Assembly (NCBI GenBank): GCA_965215005.1
Contig: CBDCCZ010000003.1
Coordinates: 32,001 to 96,000, forward strand
From: Kofleriaceae bacterium
GTDB lineage: Bacteria > Myxococcota_A > Polyangia > Haliangiales > Haliangiaceae
Direction of reading: 5' to 3'
DNA: 64,000 nt
This document shows positions 9,262 to 20,062 of the stretch, piece after piece; position 1 is the stretch's first letter, and every line of letters begins with the position of its first letter. The notes beneath the pieces were generated by a model. That model did no database searches. It was given only the letters and a program-made list of their open reading frames with translations, and had not been told where the DNA came from. The position numbers and the translations under genes were made by a program.

Positions 9262-12250
9262 GTGGCGATCTCAGCGTCCACGTCGACCGACTCAGCGAAG
9301 CCATCCGGTGCCTCGACGCCCGAGCCGATTCCCGACCTCCAGCTCGAGCGCTATCGGCTGGTCGAATTCCTCGGCGCTGGGGCCGCCGGGCGCGTCTTCC
9401 GCGCCCATGATCAGGTGCGTCGTCAAGAAGTCGCCGCCGCCAAGCTGCTCACGTCGCTGCGCCCCGACGCTCTGCACCGTTTCAAGCAAGAGTTCCGCGC
9501 CCTCGCCGACGTCGTCCATCCGAACCTCGTCACCCTTTATGAGCTCCTCGCCTACCCAGACGGATGGGCGGTCATCATGGAGCTCATCGAAGGCGCGCAG
9601 CCGCTGCTCGACTACGCCATCGTCTTCGCCGGCCGCTGCTACGAGGGTGAGTCGATGCCCTTCAAGGCGCTGGACGCGGTCGTGGATGCCATTGCCTCGT
9701 TTCTACGCGCCAACGACGAGCTGGCCCGCCATCCTACCGCCGGAGATCGAGAGCCTGGTCCACCTGTTCCCGGCGCTCCGCCGAGCGGCTGCCATCGCCG
9801 AGCGGCTGGCGCAGGGAGGGGAGCCGCCGCCGGCCGATACCATCCGCCGAAGCGCTGCCGCCGCCTTGACGTCGCTGCTGACCCGGCTAGCCGCCCACCT
9901 CCCGGTGATCGTCAGCGTCGACGACTTGCAGTGGGGCGACCTGGATAGCGCACCGTTCCTGATCGAGCTCACTCAGGCCAGGGGCGGCGGAATTCTGCTC
10001 CTTGGCACCTATCGCAACGATGGCGCCGCCGAGGCCGAGCTCGTCACCGCGCTGCGCAATAACCTCCGCACCACCGGCGCCGCTCCGCAAGCGCGCGTGT
10101 TATCGCTCGGGCGCCTTCGCGACGAAGACATCGCCGATTTGGTCGCCAAGGTCAGCGGCGAGCCACGAGATACCGCGCTGGTGCAACGGCTGGCGCACGA
10201 GGCCGAGGGCAACGCCTTCTTTGCCGCCGAGCTAGCCTTCGCCGGCGGAACCGTCGCCAGCGCTAGAGTCCACAAGCTCGATGCACTCATCGCGCAGCGT
10301 GTCGACGAGCTGCCCAACGATGCGCAGCGCCTGCTGCAGGTCACCGCTCTGGCCGCCAAGCCGCAGCCGGTCGACATCCTGGTGCGAGCGGCGCGCGTGC
10401 GGGACGTGGCGCGGACCCTGGCGCAGCTGCGTGCTGGGCGCTTCTTGCGCATGCTGCACACCCGCGCGGGCGAGCACGTCACTACCTATCACGATCGCGT
10501 GCGCGAGACGGTCGTCGCCCATATCGACCCCCAGCTGGCTCGCAAGCTCCACCGGCGGCTGGCGCGCGCCTTCGAAGCCGCCCCCGAAGCCGAGCGCGAT
10601 CTCGAGGCCCTGGTCCATCACTGGCGCGGCGCCGGCACCCGCGATCGGGCCCGGCGCTATGCCCTCTTGGCCGCCGATCGCGCCCTCGCCGCCCGCGCCT
10701 ACGTGAGCGCCGCCGCGCACCTCGGCACCGCCATCGAGCTGTCCGCCGATGACGACGATGATGCGCTCGAGCTCGAGCTACTCCGCGCCGACGCGCTGCA
10801 GCGCGGAGGGCAGCTGGCTGCTGCCGCCGCGGCGTTCGCGGCGGCAGCCCATCATGCTCCCGCCGAGCTCGCCGCCGACCTCCACGCCCGCGCCATGGTG
10901 TGCCTGTTGCGAGCCGGCCGCCTCGGAGAGGCGATCGACGCCAGCCGCGCGGCGGCGCCAGCGCTGGGCGGACTCCTGCCGCGGTCGACCGCCGCCGCCG
11001 TCGCCGCGATCACCGGCCAGCGGCTGACGCTCCTGGGGCGACGCCTGGACGTGCGGCGCCCCCGAGACGAGCGCGAGTGCGACCCCGCCGAGCTGCAGCG
11101 CACCGAGGTCGCGCTGGATACCGCGGCTGGCCTCACGTTCATCGATCCGCTGCTCGGCTATGCCTTGCACGGCCGCGCTTTGCGACGCGCCCTTCGCGCG
11201 CGGGAGCCCAAGCGCGTCGTGGTGGCCCTCAATTACGAGGCGCTGCTCAACGCCGCGCTGTGGGGCAAGCGCGGCGCCCGCACCACCAATACTCTGCTCG
11301 ACCGCGGCCGACGCCTCGCCGAGGCCCACGCTCCCACGAGCTACGTCGCTGCCGTGGACGGATGGCGCGGCTTTGCGCGTTTGTTGGAGTACGACGACCT
11401 CGAGACTGGCCTGGCCCTTCTCGAACGCGGCGTGGCGGGTCTCGAGCACGACCCGCGCTTCGCCTACGACGCCGACCAGCTTCGGCTGGCAATGGTCAAC
11501 GTCATGGCCACTATGGGAACCTTCGCGCTGCTGAGCGAGCGGCTGCCGGTCCTGATGCGCAGCGCCCACGAGAGTGGAAATCTCTTCCTGTTCGACAGCC
11601 TCCGCAGACAAGGCGGCGTCTACACCTGGCTCGTCGCCGATGCTCCTCGCGAAGGCGAGAACCAGGCCGGGCTGTCCAGCGATATCCAGGCCAGCCGTCC
11701 AACGCTCAGTGAGTTCTATGGCCGCGCGGCTCTCGCCGAGATTGCGCTCTACCGCGGTCAGCCGGAAGCCGCATGGCAGCACGTCGCGGCGTTCTGGCGC
11801 CGCCTGAGCCGCTCTTCGCTGGCCCTGTGTGCCCTGCCCCGAGGCTACCCGGCGATGATCGCTGGCCGCACCGCGCTCGCTTGTGCCCGCACGCGCCCGC
11901 ACGAGCAAGCGCTGTGGCTCGGCCGCGCTCTTGCCCTAGCGCGCAGCATCCAACGCGAACGCCTGCGGATGCCCACGTTCGCGCGAAGCCACGCCAGCGC
12001 CATCCGCGGCATGGTCGCCGCCATCCGCGGTCACCAGGACACCGCCGTCGAGATGCTCTCGTGCGCGATCGACGCCCTCGACAGCGTGGGTGTGCGGCTC
12101 TGGGAGGGGCCGCTGCGCCTGCGACTCGGCCAGCTGCTCGGCGGCGACGAGGGCGCCGAGCAGATGAATCGCTACTACGCATGGGCGAAGCAGGAATGCA
12201 TCGGCCATCCCGACCGCTGGGCCGCCGCGCTGTATCCGCCACTGCGCTGA
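9262..12250 (+). pseudogene. Disrupted Ser/Thr kinase - AAA ATPase - helical-repeat gene (internal deletion plus +1 frameshift)
   Basis: Kinase N-lobe (LGAGAAGRVF, FKQEFRALADVVHPNLV, IMELIEG) runs straight into AIVFAGRCYEGESMPF at ~9615, with no HRD, DFG or Walker A. An extra C at 9725-9727 shifts into the 8930..12250 frame (ILPPEIESLVHLFP...VDDLQWGD...YHDRVRE). Start is approximate. Confidence 0.8.
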
Positions 12251-12300
12251 CCGACAACTGCATCTGCGCTGCCATGCGCCTCGATGCGTGCTTCAGAGCG

Positions 12301-15300
12301 CTAGTGCGTCGCCAGCCAGGCTTCGACTTGGTCGTGGGTGGCCTTGGCGCGCGGTGCCTTAGTCCGACGCAAGGCGGCGAGGGCTTCGCGGGCCAGGGCG
12401 GCAGCGCGCTCGCGGTGCGGCGGTCCTTTGTCGGCCATCACCTGCGCGTGCATGAACAACGCCTCGCCCAGCGGCTCGTGCGATTGCTCATCGGTGCGCG
12501 CCGCGTCGACTGCACGCTGTGCCGCCGCTTCCGCCGCAGATAGGACGCCGCGCTGGCGGTGGATACGGGCCATGCCCAAGAGCCCGTTCGTTATGGAGTC
12601 GGCAGCCGGTTGGGTGTTGTCGTCGCCTTGCAGCACTCGCACACCTCGCTCGTACCCCGCCAGCGCTTCGTCGAGCTGCCCGTCGAGCTCCTGGGAGTGC
12701 GCTAGCTCGACCAGCGCGTTGCCAACAGTTGCAGGCCGCGACTCATCTCGCGCCAAGGTGATGGCCAACCCTTCTCTCCGGTGCTCGTAGGCTGCCTCAT
12801 GATCGCCACGCTCGAGCTCGATCCAGCCGAGCAGACCGTGGATATCGGCGCGCAGCTGATGGCTCGGGTCGGGCGTGGCCTCGATCGCTGCGAGCCCATC
12901 CACAGCTAGCGCTCGGGCCTCATCGAGCTCACCACGAGCGAAGAGCGTCGTGGCCAGGTTGGTGAGTATCTGCGCCGTGAACAAATGATGGTCACCCAAC
13001 ACGCTCCGAGTGATGGACAGCGCCTGGCGGTTCGCTGCGATGGCTTCGTCGATGAGCCCCGCTCGTTCGAGCGCGACCGCCAGGTTCGACGACACCATGC
13101 CAGTGACGATGTGCGTGTCTCCGAGCGTGGACATCGCGGCGGCAAGAGTCCGGCGATGCGAGTCGACGGCTCGAGCGAAGTCGCGCTGGCGCTCGTAGGC
13201 GATGCCGATGTTGCCGAGCGTCACGACCACCCGGCGATGGTACGGCCCGAAAAGATCCTGGATGATGCGCAGGGACCGGCTTTGCAGCTCCAACGCCCGC
13301 GCATAATCGCCGCGCGCCCATGCCGTGTTCCCGAGATCGCCGAGGGCGCTAGCTACGGACGGATGCGGATATTCCCAGCCCAGGCGGTCCAGGCCGGCTT
13401 CTGCCAGCCGCTCCCAGTCGCCGCTCTCTGCGGCTCGTTCCAGGCGATCAGCCAGCGCAAAGGTGAGATCCGCGGCGGCTGCGGTCGCCATGAGATCATC
13501 GCCGTGTATATAGGCGCTGAAGTACGCCTCCCGCAGATGTTCCACGGCCTTCGTATAGTTGCCCGTGAGCTCTAAGGCTACGCCGGCCGCGTACTGCGCT
13601 TCGGTGACCAGCGAGGGGATCTCTAGCACCGCAGCTCGAGTAACGGCCTCCTCGGCAACCGCGGCGCCGCGCGTGAGCTGCCCGGCGGCAATGAGTGCCT
13701 GAGCCTCGGTGACGAGCCGGCGAACTGGTTGGCCTCGGCGGCGCTCGTCGATGCTTCCGTCGCTCTTCTGTAGCGCCAGCACCTTGTCATCGGTACAGAT
13801 GCTGACCGGCGGCAGCGAGAACGATGCATCGACCGCGTAGCGCAGGGTCGCGGCATCCACGCTCTGCCACTGCTCGATCAGCAGCTCCAGGTAATTCCGT
13901 CCGTCATCGAAGCAGGCCCGCGAGCGGTCTAGGAGCTCTGGGCTGCGACGCTGCTCGAGCTCGGTGGCCCGACACGCTTGCTCTCGCGCCTGCCGCCAAC
14001 TTGCCACGTAAGCGGTAACCTGCTTATCGGTCCGCCGCCAGATGTCGGTGCCAATGTCGGCGTTGGCGGCGGTAAACCTGGCGGCAATTCCTTCGTTTCT
14101 ATCGGCCGTCCATAGCTCCGCGATCGCCGCGCCCTCGGCGGCGCAAGCAGCGGCCACTTGCCGATGATCATGAGCGCGAGCAATTACGCCGGCGCACACG
14201 AGCACCGCCACCACGCCCGCTGCCCCAAGGCGCCGCCGGCGCCGAGTCGGATCGGCGCCCAGAGCACCCGCCAGTGCCATGAGCGATGGCCACCGCACCT
14301 CGGGGCGACGGGCCAGCCCGCGCTCGACGACGCGCCACACCCAACCAGGCACGCCGCTCGTCCGCGGCGGCGGCTCGATCTGGCCGATCGGCAGCGATTC
14401 CACTAGATCCGCGCGGGTCGCGAACCTGTATGGCCGCTGTCCGTAGAGGCTGCGATACAGCGCCACGCAGAAGCTGAACTGATCCGATCGGGAATCGACT
14501 GGCCGCCCTAGCGCCTGCTCCGGCGACATGTACGCCGGCGTGCCCACCACCTGGCCACAAATGGTGAGCGGCGTGTGCAAGAGATCCGAGGAGCTAATCG
14601 ACTGCTCCCCGCTATCCTCCGTGAGCTGTTCGTTGCTCGCCGTATCGCTCTCGCTTCGCGCCAGGCCAAAGTCGAGAACGACCGCGCGCCCGTCGACGTC
14701 GACCAGTACGTTCGATGGTTTGAAATCGCGATGGACGAGGCCCTTGCCGTGGCACGCCGCCAGTCCCGCGGCCGCCTGGCGGTAGATCGCGATGACGTCG
14801 CGCCATGATTTGCCGTCGCAGTATTGGTCTAGGGTGCGGCCTTCGACGTACTCCATGGCGATGTACACATCGCCATCGGCGGTCTGGCCGACGTCATACA
14901 CCGCCACTACGTTGCGGTGACTCACCTGCGCCAGCGCCTGCGCCTCGCGCATGAGTCGCGCCGCTGCCAGCTCCTTTGCCTTGCGGCTTTGGGCCCGCAC
15001 GCGCATCAGCTTGAGCGCGACCCGCCGGTTGAGCTGCGGGTCGTAGGCCAGGTGCACGACGCCCATGCCACCGGCGCCAATGTCGCCGAGGATCACGAAC
15101 CGTCCCACGTGCCCCGCCGCCGGCTGCGCCCCGCCACCATCGGGATGCGTGGCGTCGCCATAGGCAACGCCGCGTGTCAGCTCGGTTTCCTCCGCTCGAT
15201 GTCGGGCGTCCACCCCTTGTGTCGGCGCGTCGAAGTCCGGGTTCTCCAGCGGATCGCCTCTCATCCCTCCGCTTGAATCGGTCACCGCGCGGGCTTCAGG

Positions 15301-15405
15301 AGTGGGGCTGCGTCGAGAAGCGGCGCTCTCCCTCGAGCGGGCAAGCGATACGCGATGCATGCGACGCTGATCGTGCAGCACGGATGGATGGTGGCTCGGC
15401 GCCAC
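12301..15405 (-). CDS. Membrane Ser/Thr protein kinase with C-terminal TPR repeats
   Basis: [33 protein letters not shown], a TM helix, then TPR repeats; true start may be ~15285/15264. Confidence 0.92.
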   Translation of the reverse strand: MAPSHHPSVLHDQRRMHRVSLARSRESAASRRSPTPEARAVTDSSGGMRGDPLENPDFDAPTQGVDARHRAEETELTRGVAYGDATHPDGGGAQPAAGHVGRFVILGDIGAGGMGVVHLAYDPQLNRRVALKLMRVRAQSRKAKELAAARLMREAQALAQVSHRNVVAVYDVGQTADGDVYIAMEYVEGRTLDQYCDGKSWRDVIAIYRQAAAGLAACHGKGLVHRDFKPSNVLVDVDGRAVVLDFGLARSESDTASNEQLTEDSGEQSISSSDLLHTPLTICGQVVGTPAYMSPEQALGRPVDSRSDQFSFCVALYRSLYGQRPYRFATRADLVESLPIGQIEPPPRTSGVPGWVWRVVERGLARRPEVRWPSLMALAGALGADPTRRRRRLGAAGVVAVLVCAGVIARAHDHRQVAAACAAEGAAIAELWTADRNEGIAARFTAANADIGTDIWRRTDKQVTAYVASWRQAREQACRATELEQRRSPELLDRSRACFDDGRNYLELLIEQWQSVDAATLRYAVDASFSLPPVSICTDDKVLALQKSDGSIDERRRGQPVRRLVTEAQALIAAGQLTRGAAVAEEAVTRAAVLEIPSLVTEAQYAAGVALELTGNYTKAVEHLREAYFSAYIHGDDLMATAAAADLTFALADRLERAAESGDWERLAEAGLDRLGWEYPHPSVASALGDLGNTAWARGDYARALELQSRSLRIIQDLFGPYHRRVVVTLGNIGIAYERQRDFARAVDSHRRTLAAAMSTLGDTHIVTGMVSSNLAVALERAGLIDEAIAANRQALSITRSVLGDHHLFTAQILTNLATTLFARGELDEARALAVDGLAAIEATPDPSHQLRADIHGLLGWIELERGDHEAAYEHRREGLAITLARDESRPATVGNALVELAHSQELDGQLDEALAGYERGVRVLQGDDNTQPAADSITNGLLGMARIHRQRGVLSAAEAAAQRAVDAARTDEQSHEPLGEALFMHAQVMADKGPPHRERAAALAREALAALRRTKAPRAKATHDQVEAWLATH

Positions 15406-15716
15406 GGGGCGTTCGGTGCGGCGCTCCCCCTCGACTTACGGTTTCCGGTGCCGGCTCGGGCCTGTGATCCTTGCCGGGATGCTTGGCTAGCGAAGGTAAC
15501 CGTGCGGTAGCCGCCGCCGATCCCTCCCCGAACCCGATCAGCGCGATCGAGGCGCATCGCTTCATTGGTGAGATCGATGCGCGTGCCGCCGTTGAGAACC
15601 ACACTGGCCTTGCGTCCTTGACCAGCTTGCCGCCAATCAAGTTGCCGTCACGGTAGTGTAAGTTGTGGCCTTGGATGAGCACATTTCCACGTCAAGCGAC
15701 TCCACGAGTGTGAAGA

Positions 15717-16714
15717 TGAGCGCAAGACATCACGCAATTACTGAGTTATCCACGGCGCGGCTCGCCGACATCGCCCGCACGTACGGCCTCGGAGAGCTCC
15801 GTGATGGGCGGCTCTGCAGCGCGGGGCTCATCAACTCGAACTATCAGCTCACGACCTCGAAAGGCAGCTACCTCGTACGGATCTACGCGCCACCTCGAAA
15901 GCGCGAGAATATCGAGTTCGAGCTATCCGTCCTGCGGTATCTCTCGGCACACGATTTTCCTTGCCAGCGTCCCATCGAAGATCTGGATGGGGAGAACATT
16001 GGCTCCCTCAACGAGCGCCTCTATGCGGTCCTCACTTTCCTGCCCGGAGCGACCATCGCATTGGAGGAGCTCTCCGCATCGATCTGCCAGCAGTTCGGCG
16101 CGCTCTACGCCAAGCTGCAGCGGCTGCTTCGCGACTTCGTCCCCGAAGGCATCAAGCCAGATGCGGACTACGTCTTGGTTCAGGAGCTCGTCTCGAGCAT
16201 TCGCTCGATCTTCCGCGACAAGGGTGTTGCCGAGGCTGACCGTGCCCGCATCGAGGCTAGTTGGAACGGCGTATGGCCTCTCTTCCGGGAGACCGAGCGG
16301 TCGGTCGTGCACGGCGATCTCTATTACCAGAACGTGCTCTGCGAGCATGGCAACGTGACGGGCATCATCGACTTCGACGATGCCTTTCTTGGCTCTCCAC
16401 TACTGGACCTCGCCCTCACCATGATGGAGTTCTCCACCTGGCCGGAGAACGAGCTCGACTTCGAGCTCATGGCCGCGCTGCTGACGTCCTATCACGAGCA
16501 TGATCCCCCTCTCCAGGTCACCCCCGAGCGGCTGTGGAACGCGACCCGATTCCAGTGCATCAAGTTCCTCGGCTACACCATTGACCTCACGGTAAAGGCC
16601 GGAGACAAGCCCACAGAAAACGACTACTACAAGCGACTGCTGCATCTGGAGCAAGCCAAGGTCCAGGCGCGATTCGTGGACACCGTGCGGCGATCGTTAG
16701 GCCATGCGGCATGA
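15717..16714 (+). CDS. Phosphotransferase (homoserine kinase type II / APH family)
   Basis: GLINSNY, FELSVLRYL, Brenner motif HGDLYYQNVL, GIIDFDD; ATG 15717 preferred over GTG 15665. Confidence 0.85.
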
Positions 16715-16761
16715 TCAACCTCGTTCCTGCGCTTTCCGTGGTCAAACGCGCCGCGCCGCGA

Positions 16762-17889
16762 CTAGGGCTGCCAGTGCGGGTCGATGCCTGCGGCTTCGCA
16801 CGCTGCGGCGATCGAGCCGAAGTAGCGTATGCAGGCTTTCCAGAGGCGGGAATCGATGCGCCAGAGGTTGCGCGCGACGTCATCGTTTCGCTCGGCGACG
16901 GCGCGTAGCTCTTCGACGACGCGCTCGGACGTCCAGGAGCGCCTATTGGGCACCGGCAGACCGGCGGCGAGCAGGGCGTCGGTCCAGGTTGGGAAACGCC
17001 GGTAGACGGACCTCTTGAGTCGGGACGGACAGTTTGCGGCGGTGGTCGTAACGGCTAGGTTGTGTTCGACGCGAGAGCGGAGCTCGGTTATCACTTCGTC
17101 GCGGGACATGAGAGGTGGCCGCGCGCTGTGGAAGTTATCGATTCCGGCCGCCTCTGCCGCCTCTCGAGGACCGGCGTAGAACTTCTTCAGCGTCGGCACC
17201 TTGTCCCAAAGCAGGCGCGGCGTCACCTGCGGCACGGTGGTGGCGAGCTGGCGAATCGCCTCGAGAACGTCATCTATGGCGTGAGCTGGCCGGATGATAC
17301 GGATCTCGTCATAGTCGAAGCCGGCGGCCGTCACTGCCTTCTCCCAACTGCCAAAGTAGAAGTAAGCGGCGGAGGCCAAGTCGCTATCCACCCGAGAGGC
17401 GGCAAGAGAGCGGCCTTTGGCGTGCCGCGCTCGAATCGCCTCAACGACCACCTGTTGATCCCACTGCCGGCGCGGCCGCTCGAGGCGTGGCTCGAGCTTG
17501 ATTCCTGCGGCGGCGCGCGCTTTGCGAAATGTGCCGAAGTAGGCCCGCACAGCAGCCGTGAGCGGCTTGTGACTGCTGGCGCGCAGGTTTTTTTCGGTGA
17601 TGCGCATGCCAGCGCGGTCGAGAGTCTGCAGCTCATCGATCACTTTCTGCGCCGTCCAGACGCGATGCCGGTGACGTGCGGGCACCTCCGCGGCCTCGCG
17701 CGCGGCGTCGAGACTGCCGAAGTGAAGGAGAATCGACCTGTAGAGCCCGTGATGAGAGGTCATGAGGTCGCGAGCCGACATCTCGCCGGCTCGGCTCAAA
17801 GCGCGAAGCTGTAAAAGACACTTCTCTGGTGACGCGAGAATCTTCATCCTGCGGTCGGTCGCCCGCTCCGGTCGCGCTTTTAAGCCCAT
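16762..17889 (-). CDS. Protein made of six tandem small helical repeats (homing-endonuclease-associated-repeat-like), probably DNA-binding
   Basis: Repeated W(T/D)xxxV(I/V)xx(L/I)...(Y/H/R)FG(S/T)xxxAxxAAG units; GGAGA RBS before ATG 17889. Confidence 0.75.
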   Translation of the reverse strand: MGLKARPERATDRRMKILASPEKCLLQLRALSRAGEMSARDLMTSHHGLYRSILLHFGSLDAAREAAEVPARHRHRVWTAQKVIDELQTLDRAGMRITEKNLRASSHKPLTAAVRAYFGTFRKARAAAGIKLEPRLERPRRQWDQQVVVEAIRARHAKGRSLAASRVDSDLASAAYFYFGSWEKAVTAAGFDYDEIRIIRPAHAIDDVLEAIRQLATTVPQVTPRLLWDKVPTLKKFYAGPREAAEAAGIDNFHSARPPLMSRDEVITELRSRVEHNLAVTTTAANCPSRLKRSVYRRFPTWTDALLAAGLPVPNRRSWTSERVVEELRAVAERNDDVARNLWRIDSRLWKACIRYFGSIAAACEAAGIDPHWQP

Positions 17890-18143
17890 GGTTCTCCGTA
17901 TCGCTCGGCAGTCGCCATCGGCAACCGCGGGCGCAAGGCCGACAGCATGGAAAGTCCGACTGCCGACGTTCGGCATGCTGCAAAGCGACACTCTATAGCG
18001 TCTGTAGTGGCGCGACAATGGCAAGGCTAGTACCCTGCGCGGCTTCGCGCGTGTAGCTCTTGTGCGCCACAAATGCCGCGGCGCCAGTGTGGTCAGGCGA
18101 TACTTCGGCGAGCTCGCGCAGCGTGAGCTGAGGAGACAACACG

Positions 18144-18968
18144 TTGAACGAACATGTAAAAACGGACGCGGCAGACGTTCGGCTGCTGGAAGGGGAGCCG
18201 AGATTCGACGATACGGCGGATGACTATGCGGCGCATCGGCATGGCTTTCCAGAGGAGTTCTTTGCCCGGCTGGCGGCGAAAGGCCTCTTAAAAGCGGGCG
18301 CGGTGGCGCTAGATGTAGGAACGGGAACCGGCACGGTCGCGCGGGGTCTGGCGAGGCGTGGGCTGCGCGTCTATGGCCTGGATCCGGCGGCCGCGATGAT
18401 CGAGAAGGCCCGTGAGCTATGTGACACAGAGGGACTCTCGATCGAGTTTCGAATTGGCCGCGCGGAAGAAACGGGCATGCAGGACGGGCAGCTCGACCTA
18501 GTCACCGCCGGGCAGTGCTGGCATTGGTTCCTTCATGCCCTAGCGATCAAGGAAATTGTGCGCATCACCAAACCCGCGGCGCAGCTCATCATTGCCCACT
18601 TCGATTGGATTCCGTATCAAGGCGGCGTCGCAGCGTTGTCCGAGGATCTCATCGCTCGACATAACTCGGCGTGGAAAGGCGGCGGCGGAACAGGATTCTA
18701 TCCGGCGTGGGCGATGCAGCTGGGCGAGGCTGGCTTCGGGGAAATCGAAACCTCGACGTTCGACGTCGACTGCAACTATACCCACGCCGGCTGGCGCGGC
18801 AGAATTCGCGCCTCGGCCGGTGTGCAGGGCTCTCTTTGCGCAAGCGAGGTCGCTCGCTTCGACGCCGAGCACGGCCGGCAGCTGTCGGTAGCGTTTCCTG
18901 AGCCGCAGCTCTGCATCCCGCATCGCTGCTTTACCCTCACCGCCCGGCTACCGAGCTCGGCGCGATAG
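18144..18968 (+). CDS. Class I SAM-dependent methyltransferase
   Basis: ALDVGTGTG, GRAEET, DLVTAGQCWHWF; GAGGAG RBS before TTG. Confidence 0.9.
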   Translation: MNEHVKTDAADVRLLEGEPRFDDTADDYAAHRHGFPEEFFARLAAKGLLKAGAVALDVGTGTGTVARGLARRGLRVYGLDPAAAMIEKARELCDTEGLSIEFRIGRAEETGMQDGQLDLVTAGQCWHWFLHALAIKEIVRITKPAAQLIIAHFDWIPYQGGVAALSEDLIARHNSAWKGGGGTGFYPAWAMQLGEAGFGEIETSTFDVDCNYTHAGWRGRIRASAGVQGSLCASEVARFDAEHGRQLSVAFPEPQLCIPHRCFTLTARLPSSAR

Positions 18969-18998
18969 CAAGCGGCTATAGCCAGTGACGCGGCGAAG

Positions 18999-19850
18999 CT
19001 AGTCAACAATGGGTGCAAGCGTGGAAACACCAGCGCCCCACCACTCGGTGGCCCCTTGGCGGGTATCGAGGACAGCGCCCGTCGAAGGGTCGATGCGCAC
19101 GATTTGCTTCCCGTCGGTGAATCCATAGACTTGACCGCGCCAAAACCCAATACCAAAGATCTTAGCGACACCGATGTCGCCCAACAGAGTCGCTTCCCAG
19201 GTTGTTGGGTCTATGCGAGCCAGCTGATCAGCGCTCGAACCAGCAACGCGTACCGTGGCTAGGGTGCCAAATCCGCTAACTGAGACGATGTCTCCGCTCG
19301 ACCCAATGGCAGATCCTGAAGCATTGTAGTTGCCAAGCTCGCTGCGAGCACCGGTGTCGGGATCGATCTCCCATACGACACCATCGAAGTCGGCTGCGAC
19401 CAACCGCTCCTCGCTATCGGGGTTCGACAGGTCGATCGGGACGAACGACAGGCTGGTGAGGCCGCCTTCCCCTTGGGGAAACGTCGACAGGTGGGTTACC
19501 TCGGCAGTCTTTCGATCGACTCGAAAGACCGAATTCAACGAGATCGCCAGCATTCTGCCGCTCTTATCGACAGCGAGGTCGGTGATGTTCTCCGGCTCAC
19601 CGGCGAACGCGAAGACTCCCACGCTGGTCGTGCTGAGCGATGCTGGATCGAGCTCGTATAGCTCGGTCGCGCTGTGAGCGTAGACCGACACGAAGTCCGG
19701 AGGATCCACCGGCCCACTGCTCGTGCGCGCGTCGGCACTGGGAGCTCCCGCGTCCGCATCGTCGCGAACATCATCAGAGTCGGTTTGCGAATTGACGGTC
19801 GGCCCACACGCTGAGATGGTCAGCAAGGTGGCGGCGAGAAGGTTGCGCAT
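18999..19850 (-). CDS. Lipoprotein, probable beta-propeller
   Basis: ATG 19850 with GGAG RBS; lipobox TISAC; repeats such as LYELDPAS, VWEIDPDTG, LARIDPTT, IVRIDPSTG. Confidence 0.8.
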   Translation of the reverse strand: MRNLLAATLLTISACGPTVNSQTDSDDVRDDADAGAPSADARTSSGPVDPPDFVSVYAHSATELYELDPASLSTTSVGVFAFAGEPENITDLAVDKSGRMLAISLNSVFRVDRKTAEVTHLSTFPQGEGGLTSLSFVPIDLSNPDSEERLVAADFDGVVWEIDPDTGARSELGNYNASGSAIGSSGDIVSVSGFGTLATVRVAGSSADQLARIDPTTWEATLLGDIGVAKIFGIGFWRGQVYGFTDGKQIVRIDPSTGAVLDTRQGATEWWGAGVSTLAPIVD

Positions 19851-20062
19851 GTTCGTCTCCCAGAGCCAGAAAGCGCGGAACGTACGCCCTCCGGCCGCTG
19901 GCACCAAGCGATGTTGGTGACGCAACGGCAACACCTGCGAGGAAACGGCGAGACTGCGATGAAACGTTACGTACCTTACGGCTCGCAGCTCGCGCTCGTG
20001 CGTGTAGCGGGAGAGAAGCCGGTTCACCAGAGTGAACCGGCTCCGCAATGAACAACGTCGAC

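Noticed and set aside
8930..9726. N-terminal part of the 1106-aa ORF 8930..12250
   Set aside because: Ser/Arg-rich off-frame reading; the real coding signal is in the 9034 frame until the frameshift near 9727
15500..15700. Minus-strand protein-like fragment (GNVLIQGHNLHYRDGNLIGGKLVKDA / VVLNGGTRIDLTNEAMRLD)
   Set aside because: May be a frameshifted remnant, but no family can be assigned without BLASTX
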